A stretch of 29,645 nucleotides of DNA from a virus. Lineage: Duplodnaviria > Caudoviricetes. The notes under the pieces are model-generated. The model was not told where the DNA came from, did not search any database, and saw only the letters and a list, made by a program, of their open reading frames with translations. Both the position numbers and the translations under genes were made by a program. The stretch lies in the IMG/VR virus record IMGVR_UViG_3300024187_000019, positions 1 through 29,645 of that record. One strand, written 5' to 3'. Within the stretch, counting starts at the first letter, position 1. Every line of letters begins with the position of its first letter. This document shows, one piece after another, positions 1 through 8,236 of this stretch.

Positions 1-53
1 CTTTTTCTTCGCTATTTTCACCGTTCTGGACCCAAGGCTAGCCAAAAACCACA

Positions 54-479
54 ATGAATCAACGAGGCAGGAAGTCGGCTGCAGCACTGGCCGTTGTGGA
101 CGAAGGACCAGGGTTACAGCCGATCATGCCGCCCAAAGACCTGACGCCGGCCGAGCGTGGGGTATGGCTGGAGATCGTGAATAGTAAGCCGGCAGACTGG
201 TTCGGGACGGAGCATGGTCCGATGCTGGTTGAACTGGTTAGACACGTGTGTCGGGGGTCGGTCATTGACCAGCAAATTCGGCTTTTCGACCCGGAGTGGA
301 TGAAGACGGACGAGGGGCTTAGACGCTACGACCGGCTGGTGAGCATGGGCGCCAAGGTCGCGGGGGTGGTCCAGACCTATATGCGGTCCATGAGGCTTAC
401 GCATCAGGCCATCTATCACAAGGACAAAGCCAGTATGGGTCCGGGCAAGGGCCGGAAACTTTGGGACAGAGACCACTGA
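54..479 (+). CDS. terS: Terminase small subunit (P27/HK97-like)
   Basis: 141 aa; RGRKS N-terminus, PPKDLT..E..VW motif, basic C-terminus; overlaps the start of the large terminase. Confidence 0.8.
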   Translation: MNQRGRKSAAALAVVDEGPGLQPIMPPKDLTPAERGVWLEIVNSKPADWFGTEHGPMLVELVRHVCRGSVIDQQIRLFDPEWMKTDEGLRRYDRLVSMGAKVAGVVQTYMRSMRLTHQAIYHKDKASMGPGKGRKLWDRDH

Positions 480-1981
480 CCCGCGGGGAACAGAACGCGG
501 CTTGGATCGAGCGGCACTGTAGGATCCCAGAAGGTCGGTTCGTCGGGAAGCCGGTCAAACTGACGTCCAAACAGCGGAAGTGGCTTTGCGAGATATACGA
601 TACCCCGACTCGGCTTTTCATCCTATCGATGGGCCGAAAGGGGGCCAAGACCACCTTTGCGGCTTTTCTGCTCCTGCTCCATCTTTGCGGTCCTGAGGCT
701 GTCCGGAACGGGCACCTGTTCAGCGATGCTCAGTCTCGAGATCAGGCCGGCATCTTGTTTGCACTGGCGGCTAAGATTGTCCGTATGTCGCCCGATTTGG
801 CGTCCGCTGTGGCGATCAGGGACACGGCCAAGCAGCTGGCCTGTCCCGAGCTCGGAACGCTTTACCATGCCCTTTCTGCCGAGGTTACGACGGCGTTTGG
901 CTTGTCCCCGGTCTTTACCGTCCATGACGAGTTAGGCCAGGTCAAGGGACCGCGATCGCCTTTGTACGAAGCCTTGGAAACTGCTTCGGCCGCCCAAGAG
1001 AATCCGCTGTCGGTCATCATCAGCACCCAGGCGCCGACCGAAGCCGACCTGCTTTCCTTGCTGATCGACGATGCTTTGACGGGGGCGGATCCCAGGATCA
1101 AGGTCGAGATATATAGCGCGCCGCTCGAGTTGGACCCGTTCAGCGAGGAAGCGATACGGGCAGCGAATCCGCATTACGACGACTTCATGAACAAGGAGGA
1201 AGTCCTAAGGCAGGCTGCGGATGCAAGGCGGATGCCGAGCCGGGAAGCGTCCTATCGCAATCTGATCCTGAATCAGCGGGTTGAGGCTAGGAACCCGTTT
1301 ATCAGTCGGGTGATTTGGCAGGAGAACGGGGCGAAGCCTTTGGGCGAGCTCCGTGGGGCGAAGGTTTATGGCGGTTTGGACCTGTCCAGCGTCTCCGACC
1401 TGACGGCCTTGGTCTTGCTTTCGGAGTTCGGGAAGGCTTGGGACGTATGGCCTACGTTTTGGCTTCCCGAGGTCGGGCTGAGTGAGAAGTCACGGACCGA
1501 TCGCGTCCCTTACGACCTTTGGGCCGGCGAAGGTTTGCTCTTGACGTCGCCTGGCTCAAGCATCGAATACGAATTCATCGCTGAGCATCTTAGGGGAGTC
1601 TTCGATACCTGCGACGTCCAGGCTATCGGCTTTGACCGATACAACTGGAAATTCCTGAAGCCTTGGCTCGAGCGGGCGGGATTCTCTGAAGACGAACTGT
1701 TGAAGTTCGTCGAGTTCGGGCAAGGATTTGTGTCCATGTCCCCGGCAATCCGCGAACTGGAGTCATTGCTGCTCTCGCGGAAACTCAGGCATGGCAACCA
1801 TCCAGTCCTGACCATGTGCTTTCAGAACGCAACTGTGATGACGGATCCAGCCGAGAACCGGAAGTTTATCAAGGGTAAGGCGACGGGACGAATCGATGGC
1901 GCAGTCGCGACCGCGATGGCTGTTGGCGTCATGCCGACCGTCGCGGAGGGCGAACCCGAGTACCAAGTTTTCACCGTATAA
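461..1981 (+). CDS. terL: Terminase large subunit (Terminase_1/HK97-like)
   Basis: Walker A-like SMGRKGAKTT, Walker B FTVHDELG, coupling motif IISTQA, nuclease motifs GGLDLSSVSDLTA and RIDGAVA; TTG start is uncertain. Confidence 0.95.
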   Translation: MGQRPLTRGEQNAAWIERHCRIPEGRFVGKPVKLTSKQRKWLCEIYDTPTRLFILSMGRKGAKTTFAAFLLLLHLCGPEAVRNGHLFSDAQSRDQAGILFALAAKIVRMSPDLASAVAIRDTAKQLACPELGTLYHALSAEVTTAFGLSPVFTVHDELGQVKGPRSPLYEALETASAAQENPLSVIISTQAPTEADLLSLLIDDALTGADPRIKVEIYSAPLELDPFSEEAIRAANPHYDDFMNKEEVLRQAADARRMPSREASYRNLILNQRVEARNPFISRVIWQENGAKPLGELRGAKVYGGLDLSSVSDLTALVLLSEFGKAWDVWPTFWLPEVGLSEKSRTDRVPYDLWAGEGLLLTSPGSSIEYEFIAEHLRGVFDTCDVQAIGFDRYNWKFLKPWLERAGFSEDELLKFVEFGQGFVSMSPAIRELESLLLSRKLRHGNHPVLTMCFQNATVMTDPAENRKFIKGKATGRIDGAVATAMAVGVMPTVAEGEPEYQVFTV

Positions 1982-2002
1982 ACCAAGAGCACCCCCCTGG
2001 TT

Positions 2003-2027
2003 AGCCCGCTTCGGCGGGCTTTTTTTT
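2003..2027 (+). terminator. Intrinsic terminator-like hairpin between terL and the protease-capsid gene
   Basis: AGCCCGC-TTCG-GCGGGCT perfect stem with UUCG loop, followed by T7. Confidence 0.75.
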
Positions 2028-2039
2028 CGAGGTAAGGAA

Positions 2040-3977
2040 ATGACGATCCAAAAACTAATCGGCCGCGCCGACCTTGAGATCAAGGGATTCGACGAGGCAT
2101 CGCACACGATCAAGGGCATGGCGACTACACCAGGCCCCGACCGTACAGGCGACATTATCGAGCCGCTAGGGGCCAAGTTCGCCAAAGAGATTCCGCTATT
2201 TCTCTATCACGACTCCAGGCTTCAGGTTGGAACGGTGAAGCTGGGGCCGGCGAACAAAAGCGGCGTTCCATTCGAAGCGACCCTACCTAACGTCGTCGAG
2301 GCTGGCGCACTGAAGACCAGGGTGGAAGAAGCATGGCATATGTTGAAGTACGGTCTGTTGAAGACTGTCTCTGTCGGGTTTATTTCGATAGGCGACAGCG
2401 TCGAAAGGCTCAAGTCAGGCGGGCTTCGCTGGCTTGAAACTGAGATATTGGAACTGTCACTTGTGCCGGTTCCGATGAATCCTGAAGCAGAAATTTCTTA
2501 CATCAAGTCAATCGACGAAGCGCAGCCGGCCCCGTCGGGTCAACGCTCGCCCGTCGTGCGCTTGGGTATTCCTCCCGCTGTTGCGGGAAAAACTTCCCCA
2601 ACTACGCAAGGAACTACCATGACAACGAATCAGGAACACATCGCCGCTCTCGAGGCGAAACGCTCCGCTAGTGCGGCGCGGATACAGGAAATCATGAGCA
2701 AGTCGGCCGAGGAAGGCCGGACCCTGGACGATGCCGAGGCCAAGGAATATGACGAGCTCAAGGCCGAAGTGAAGTCGGTCGACGGACATTTGGTCAGAGC
2801 CAAGGAGACGCAAGACCTGATGATTACAAAGGCCACGCCGGTCAAGCCCGAGGCCGGGACGGATCCGGAAGTTGCTGACAAGACCCGCAATGGCGTCGTG
2901 ACGTGGGGCAAGTCAAACCTGGCTCCCGGCATCCGCTTTACCCGCTTTGCTCTGTGCGTTGCGAACGCCAAGGGCAATCTGATGCAGGCGGAAATCCTGT
3001 CGCGTCGGTTCAATGACACGACGCCGGAAGTCAACCTGGCGATGAAGGCAGCGGTTGCGGCCGGCACGACGCAAGACGCGACCTGGGCCTCCCCGCTGGT
3101 GCAACTGCAGGAAATGGCTTCGGAGTTCGTCGAATTCCTGCGTCCGCAAACCTTGCTGGGCCGTATTCCCGGCCTGCGTCGGGTGCCGTTCAACATCAAG
3201 TTTACCCGGCAGACCGCGGGGACTACGGGGACGTTCGTTGGCGAGGGTTTGCCGAAGCCGCTAGGCAAGATGGACTTCGAACTCCTGAGCCTGCCGTTCG
3301 CCAAGGCCGCGACTATCATCGTCATGACGGAAGAACTGGTCCGCTTTTCGAATCCGAGCGCGGAAATGCTGGCTCGGGATGATCTGGCCGCGGGCATTGC
3401 CCAATATCTCGACAAGCGTTTCATCGACCCGACCTATGCCGGCGTCACAAACGTTAGTCCGGCGTCGATCACGCATGGGGTTACTCCGATTACGTCATCG
3501 GGTAATACCATTGCGTTGATCTCGGATACGGTCGAGGCCGCGGTCCGGTCATTCATCACGGCCAATCTCGGCCTTGGTGGACTGGTCTGGATCATGTCTC
3601 CGGGTACTGCTCTGTCCCTGTCCTTCCGCCGCACGACCCAGGACATTTTCGCCTTTCCTGGTCTTGGCCCCAACGGCGGGACGTTCATGGGCTATCCGGT
3701 CATCACGAGCAACAACGTGCTGTCGGCCGGTTCGCCTGGCGAGGGTCAGGTCATTCTGATGGACCCGAGCGAAATCCTGCTTGCGGATGATGGTGGGGTG
3801 TCGATTGATATGTCGACGGAAGCATCCCTGCAGATGGACGGCGCCCCGAGCAATCCGGCAACGTCTACCGTGAGTATGTTCCAGTCGAATATGATCGCTC
3901 TGAGGGCCGAGCGGTACATCTACTGGATGAAGCGCCGCGATGCAGCGGTTGCGGTGATCCAGAACGTCGACTGGTAG
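2040..3977 (+). CDS. Fused HK97-family prohead protease and major capsid protein (645 aa)
   Basis: RBS GGTAAGGAA before ATG 2040; protease motifs DRTGDIIEP, FLYHD, TVSVGF, LELSLVPVPMNPEA; linker; coiled-coil delta-like domain; HK97-fold motifs FVGEG.PKP, GTFMGYPVITS, SMFQSNMIALRAER. Confidence 0.92.
   Translation: MTIQKLIGRADLEIKGFDEASHTIKGMATTPGPDRTGDIIEPLGAKFAKEIPLFLYHDSRLQVGTVKLGPANKSGVPFEATLPNVVEAGALKTRVEEAWHMLKYGLLKTVSVGFISIGDSVERLKSGGLRWLETEILELSLVPVPMNPEAEISYIKSIDEAQPAPSGQRSPVVRLGIPPAVAGKTSPTTQGTTMTTNQEHIAALEAKRSASAARIQEIMSKSAEEGRTLDDAEAKEYDELKAEVKSVDGHLVRAKETQDLMITKATPVKPEAGTDPEVADKTRNGVVTWGKSNLAPGIRFTRFALCVANAKGNLMQAEILSRRFNDTTPEVNLAMKAAVAAGTTQDATWASPLVQLQEMASEFVEFLRPQTLLGRIPGLRRVPFNIKFTRQTAGTTGTFVGEGLPKPLGKMDFELLSLPFAKAATIIVMTEELVRFSNPSAEMLARDDLAAGIAQYLDKRFIDPTYAGVTNVSPASITHGVTPITSSGNTIALISDTVEAAVRSFITANLGLGGLVWIMSPGTALSLSFRRTTQDIFAFPGLGPNGGTFMGYPVITSNNVLSAGSPGEGQVILMDPSEILLADDGGVSIDMSTEASLQMDGAPSNPATSTVSMFQSNMIALRAERYIYWMKRRDAAVAVIQNVDW
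2608..2621 (+). promoter_or_regulatory. Putative internal RBS and in-frame ATG (2619) for a protease-less capsid isoform
   Basis: AAGGAA at 2608-2613, 5 nt upstream of ATG 2619; 2619-2040=579 (in frame); lies at the linker/delta-domain boundary. Confidence 0.6.
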
Positions 3978-3985
3978 TAAAACCG

Positions 3986-4016
3986 GGCCGCTCGCTCACA
4001 AGGCGGGCGGCCTTTT
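3986..4016 (+). terminator. Intrinsic terminator-like hairpin after the capsid gene
   Basis: GGCCGCTCGC(T)...(G)GCGGGCGGCC stem with G-U wobbles, followed by TTTT, just after the TAG TAA double stop. Confidence 0.6.
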
Positions 4017-4027
4017 CGTGAGGATTT

Positions 4028-4228
4028 ATGAAACGCAAGATGATTTCAGATGGGAAGTTCACGCATGAGGGTAAGGCTTTGAACTCGGGCGATGAATTCG
4101 AAGCAGACGAACAAGAGGCCGCGGACTTGGCTAGCCGGCCGATCCGGCTCGCGCATTACAAAACGGAAGATTCGTCCAATGGGGCGAAGCGGCAGTATCG
4201 CCGCAGAGACATGACGGCCGAAAAGTAA
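4028..4228 (+). CDS. Small hypothetical head-associated protein (66 aa)
   Basis: RBS GAGGA; sits between capsid and portal; GDEFEA and basic YRRRDM tail; TAAATG junction to portal. Confidence 0.7.
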   Translation: MKRKMISDGKFTHEGKALNSGDEFEADEQEAADLASRPIRLAHYKTEDSSNGAKRQYRRRDMTAEK

Positions 4229-5629
4229 ATGCCGATTTTTGAAGCAACAAAGAATTACGACGGGATGGATTGGGAAGTAAAGGACGTGTCACTGTCGTCT
4301 GTTCCTGTCGCGCCATCGGGGTTTTTCGGGGTTATCCGCGAAGCATTTACCGGAGCCTGGCAGCGGAATGTTGAATGCGAGTCGCCCAAGAATCTGCTTG
4401 CGTTCTCGGCGGTCTATTCCTGTGTTTCCCTGATTGCGGATGACATAGCGAAACTGCGAATCAAACTGGTAAAGCAGCAAGCGGACACGACCTGGCAGGA
4501 GGTAACAAGCCTTTCTCCATTCCTTCCGTTCTTGCGCAAGCCGAATCGGTATCAGACGCGGATTCAGTTTCTATCGCAATGGCTCACATCGAAGCTATTG
4601 CAGGGGAATACTTACGTCCTGAAGGAACGTGACCAGCGTGGCGTAGTTGTGGCGGGATATATTCTCGATCCGCGCAGAGTCACGCCTTTAGTTGCGGAAG
4701 ACGGGAGTGTTTATTACCGGCTGGACCGTGATGCACTTGCAACGCTTGCCCTTCAAGTCACGGTCCCCGCGAGCGAGATCATCCACGACCGGATGATTAC
4801 GCCGTGGCATCCACTGGTAGGCGTTACGCCCATTTACGCTTGCGGAGCCTCTGCGACTCAGGGCATTCGCATCCAGGCGAACAGCGCCAAGTTTTTTGAG
4901 AACAGGGCGCAGCCTTCGGGGATGTTGACTGCTCCTGGCAAGATCACGGATGCAACAGCCCTGCGTCTCAAGGAAGCGTTTGAAAAGAACTTTACTGGAG
5001 AGAATATCGGCCGTTTGTTCGTTGGCGGCGACGGGCTGGAATATAAGCCGATGACCATGCCTTTCAACGATGCTCAGTTGATCGAACAGTTGCGGTTCAC
5101 GGTGGAAGATGTGGCCCGTACTTTTCACGTTCCACTGTATAAACTCGGCGGGCCGCTCCCGACATTCAACAATGCGGCGATGTTGAATCAGGAGTATTAC
5201 GCCCAGACTCTACAGGTTCACATCGAGGCGATTGAAGTCTTGATGGATGAAGGTCTAGGACTTGGCGCGACGCCGAATACGGATCTGGGTGTAGAGCTCG
5301 ACCTAGACGGATTGCTGCGCATGGATCCTATGAGCCGCGCAGAGGTCGCGCAGAAACTATCCGGCGTCGGGAAGATCAACGAACTCAGGCTGCGTGAAAA
5401 TTGGTCGCCGGTTACGGGCGGGGATACCGTCTATCTGCAGCAGCAGAATTACTCTGTGGAAGCACTGAATCGGCGCGATCAACAGCCAGCGCCTTCTGCG
5501 ACTACTCCGAGTGTGACGCCTGTGCCAGAGGCAACGCCCGCGCCGCCGACGCCGGCCAAAGCCGCTGCAGACGAAGCGTTGGAACTCGCCAACGCTTTGA
5601 TAGCGAAATTCGCACGTGCTGAATCCTGA
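4229..5629 (+). CDS. Portal protein, HK97 family
   Basis: AVYSCVSLIADDIAKL, LLQGNTY, EIIHDR, FFENRAQPSGML, EDVARTFHVP motifs; Pro/Thr/Ala-rich C-terminal tail. Confidence 0.95.
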   Translation: MPIFEATKNYDGMDWEVKDVSLSSVPVAPSGFFGVIREAFTGAWQRNVECESPKNLLAFSAVYSCVSLIADDIAKLRIKLVKQQADTTWQEVTSLSPFLPFLRKPNRYQTRIQFLSQWLTSKLLQGNTYVLKERDQRGVVVAGYILDPRRVTPLVAEDGSVYYRLDRDALATLALQVTVPASEIIHDRMITPWHPLVGVTPIYACGASATQGIRIQANSAKFFENRAQPSGMLTAPGKITDATALRLKEAFEKNFTGENIGRLFVGGDGLEYKPMTMPFNDAQLIEQLRFTVEDVARTFHVPLYKLGGPLPTFNNAAMLNQEYYAQTLQVHIEAIEVLMDEGLGLGATPNTDLGVELDLDGLLRMDPMSRAEVAQKLSGVGKINELRLRENWSPVTGGDTVYLQQQNYSVEALNRRDQQPAPSATTPSVTPVPEATPAPPTPAKAAADEALELANALIAKFARAES

Positions 5630-6176
5630 GCAACTTGCGGAACTGCTGGCGAAGGTAAAGCCTCGCCGCGGCAAGGATGGGAAGGACGGCAGGGACGGCC
5701 GCAACGGGCTTGACGGTATTGATGGGAAGGACGGGGCGCCGGGACTCCCTGGCGGGCCGCGAGGGCCTGCGGGGAAGGACGGCGATCCTGGTCGGGATGC
5801 CTACGAACTTGCGCTCGAGCAAGGATTCGCTGGTGATCGTCAGGCATGGGTCAAGTCGCTGCACGGCAAGCAGGGTGAGCCGGGACGGAATGGTAAGGAC
5901 GGTCTTCAAGGACCAAGGGGAGAGCAGGGTCCGAAGGGCGACAAAGGCGACATTGGCCCGATACCGCATCATGAATGGGAAGGCACGAAACTACGCTTTG
6001 AGCAATTCCCCGGTAAATGGGGAAAGTTTGTCGACCTCCAAGGTCCGCGGGGGCCTGATGGTGCTGGCAGGACTGGACACGGAATGCCGATCAATATTGG
6101 GGGCGGAACTTACGATCCCTCTCCGTCTGCTACTGCAGCAGTACAGAACACTTATTTTCCTAGCGGTTGGAACTGA
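5616..6176 (+). CDS. Collagen-like (Gly-X-Y) protein
   Basis: Runs GKDGKDGRDGRNG.. and GPRGEQGPKGDKG; AYELALEQGFAG..AWVKSL interruption typical of phage collagen-like proteins; GTG start overlaps the portal end. Confidence 0.8.
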   Translation: MLNPEQLAELLAKVKPRRGKDGKDGRDGRNGLDGIDGKDGAPGLPGGPRGPAGKDGDPGRDAYELALEQGFAGDRQAWVKSLHGKQGEPGRNGKDGLQGPRGEQGPKGDKGDIGPIPHHEWEGTKLRFEQFPGKWGKFVDLQGPRGPDGAGRTGHGMPINIGGGTYDPSPSATAAVQNTYFPSGWN

Positions 6177-6186
6177 AAGGACGGTC

Positions 6187-6390
6187 ATGGCTGACGTAAC
6201 GATTTATCGAGATCCGGCAGCGGTCAATGTAATAGTTGTCGACGGCGTTCCGCCTGTTGACCAATCCGCCCTCGTGGCGAGCCTGCAAGCTGCCATTGCT
6301 GGAGTCAGGGCGCGCGCGCAGGCTCGCAAGGACGCAGACGCGGCAAAGGTTGACGGGCAGGACGATCTGGACGCGCTCGCGGGGCTCTGA
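6187..6390 (+). CDS. Small hypothetical protein (67 aa): beta-type N-terminal motif plus coiled-coil
   Basis: RBS GAAAGGA before ATG 6187 (real start of track ORF 5677..6390); TGATG coupling to the next gene. Confidence 0.7.
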   Translation: MADVTIYRDPAAVNVIVVDGVPPVDQSALVASLQAAIAGVRARAQARKDADAAKVDGQDDLDALAGL

Positions 6391-6695
6391 TGCAGACCGT
6401 CACCTTTTACAAGCCGGCAGGGCTAACGGTTGAGGTACTGGATCGCGTCGCGGTTCCTCCTCCGGTCGATATTCAACAGGATTCTCCGGTTCCTGATGTC
6501 GACTGGCTCGAGGGCGGTCCGGGGACTTGGCCGATACTCAGCCACTATTCAAGCCCGACCGGGAAGGTACTGACTCTAGCGGCAGTTGGAAGTCTGCCGC
6601 CTGGAGTGACGGTAGTCGGCGGCGGCTTTGCCTACGACGGGACAGGTTCATTCCGCACATCTGTCGTGGTTAATTGGGCAATCGCGGCGCACTGA
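6390..6695 (+). CDS. Hypothetical protein with putative Ig/cadherin-like (He_PIG-like) domain
   Basis: TGATG coupling at both ends; beta-rich; SPTGKVLTL..GSLPPGVT resembles the LP.G motif of putative Ig domains. Confidence 0.6.
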   Translation: MQTVTFYKPAGLTVEVLDRVAVPPPVDIQQDSPVPDVDWLEGGPGTWPILSHYSSPTGKVLTLAAVGSLPPGVTVVGGGFAYDGTGSFRTSVVVNWAIAAH

Positions 6696-8236
6696 TGCAG
6701 ACAAGCGGCCAAGCCAAGACGCACGCGGCGATCGTTCTCCCGATTCCGCCTGCAGGTTCGCCTGATGCCTTAGCCATCTATGACGGCCCTGCAGACGTCA
6801 AGAGGTCGCCGCCTGGCGGAATTTCGTCATCGTTCCTCTATCAGACTTGGTTGCCGTGGAAGAACAACAAGACCGGTGACTGGATCGATGCGGCAGGAGT
6901 GGCGCAAGGCACGACGCCATTCGCGCAATTCTCGCTTGCGGCGGGAGCGATGGGTAATGCTGGCGTAGACGTCACCGTGCTGGTCAAGAAAAGTACCAGC
7001 ATCGTATTGAGGGGCGTCGGTGCCGCCACAGTTGTATGTAATGCGCGCGAATCAGGCAATGGTCCTGTGATTGCTTATGAGACGCCGAGTGGCCTGGTCG
7101 TCTCAAAATGTACCGCTGACGCGGAATGCAATCCGTCGACTGCCTACGAAATGGGCGCGAATCCGACCTGGACCGTCAGTTCGGCGAATGGCGTATATCT
7201 GTCGTTTCCAAATCCGCCCGTTGGATGGACCAAGGCAAATCTGATTCTGCCGCTGAATAAGGTCTGGACCGGCGGCAAGATCAACGTCTACCAATTCGCG
7301 TGGGGCGGCATTTCGTACCCCGGTCCAGCGGATACGCTGTCGCTAAAGGGCGACCCGCGCGTTTTTCTTGAGACGGAATCGTTTGAAGACCTGCCGCCAT
7401 TCATCGCGGCGATGGTCTTTGGTACGGCCAATAGCCCAGACACTTACAAGCAGAGGACCGTTGTCGATACGCCGGCCGGACGTGCTCTGCAAATCACATT
7501 CGATCCGCACGTTAACGGAGCCCTGACCGCGGCGATTCCGTTCCCAAATGGCGATGAGGCCGACGAGGCGGCGTGGGAGTTTGAAGCACGTTTCCTGCCC
7601 GACATGCTCACAGGGCTGACGCAGGGCTTCAAGTTCTTTGCTGGGGCTAGCTCATCCACCAAGCCAGATGATGCCTACTATGCGAATACCTGGAAAGTTC
7701 AGGTCGGTCGCGCCGGAACGCTACTCGCTGGTAATGGTGGCGCGAAGTCTCATGGTAACGATGGCTGGTCGACCCGCTTTGATATGTTCGCGCCTCCTGG
7801 TCCGGATCATCCCCTGGCGGGCCACTTCGCGCCGATGCAGTATTGCTACTGGCCGGAGCAATCGAGTTTCTACGGCGATGCGCATTTGTGGAATGGGTCC
7901 GGATTCACGCCTTACGTCGACGAGTGGCACCGCTACTCGATGCGGCTGAAATGCAACACCTGTGTTGGAACGAACTATTCCAAGGATGCGGAACTGGACT
8001 GTTATCTCGATGGCGTTCTGGCTCACCGCTGGCGCGGATTTTATCTTCGGACCACTGACGATCCGCTCATCATGCACGCGCCCAATAATCTTGGGCCTGA
8101 TGGCAAGACGTATGACGTCAAGTCGCAGCTGAGGATCGGCCGCATTTGGCTTAACACATATCACGGCGGGCTAGACTATCCTGCCAGCCGTTGCTCGTTC
8201 CAGGTCCGCAATCTTCGTGTGGCGAAATTCAAATGA
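6695..8236 (+). CDS. Putative virion-associated carbohydrate-active protein with C-terminal polysaccharide lyase PL14-like domain
   Basis: Start 6695 by TGATG coupling; N-terminal W..GDWIDAAGVAQG..PFA module; C-terminal GFK..G, GNGG...GNDGWSTR, W.RY.MRLKCNT, YLDGVL, IWLNTYHGG pattern like PL14 jelly-roll lyases. Confidence 0.65.
   Translation: MQTSGQAKTHAAIVLPIPPAGSPDALAIYDGPADVKRSPPGGISSSFLYQTWLPWKNNKTGDWIDAAGVAQGTTPFAQFSLAAGAMGNAGVDVTVLVKKSTSIVLRGVGAATVVCNARESGNGPVIAYETPSGLVVSKCTADAECNPSTAYEMGANPTWTVSSANGVYLSFPNPPVGWTKANLILPLNKVWTGGKINVYQFAWGGISYPGPADTLSLKGDPRVFLETESFEDLPPFIAAMVFGTANSPDTYKQRTVVDTPAGRALQITFDPHVNGALTAAIPFPNGDEADEAAWEFEARFLPDMLTGLTQGFKFFAGASSSTKPDDAYYANTWKVQVGRAGTLLAGNGGAKSHGNDGWSTRFDMFAPPGPDHPLAGHFAPMQYCYWPEQSSFYGDAHLWNGSGFTPYVDEWHRYSMRLKCNTCVGTNYSKDAELDCYLDGVLAHRWRGFYLRTTDDPLIMHAPNNLGPDGKTYDVKSQLRIGRIWLNTYHGGLDYPASRCSFQVRNLRVAKFK

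Noticed and set aside
1-53. Possible cos site or late promoter upstream of terS
   Set aside because: Only 53 nt are visible and no recognisable element can be supported
1896-2039. N-terminal extension of the capsid ORF in the track (start 1896)
   Set aside because: Overlaps terL and runs through the terminator hairpin; a strong RBS supports ATG 2040
5677-6186. 237 aa ORF overlapping the collagen-like gene in another frame
   Set aside because: The upstream part is a frame shadow of Gly-X-Y codons; the RBS supports a start at 6187
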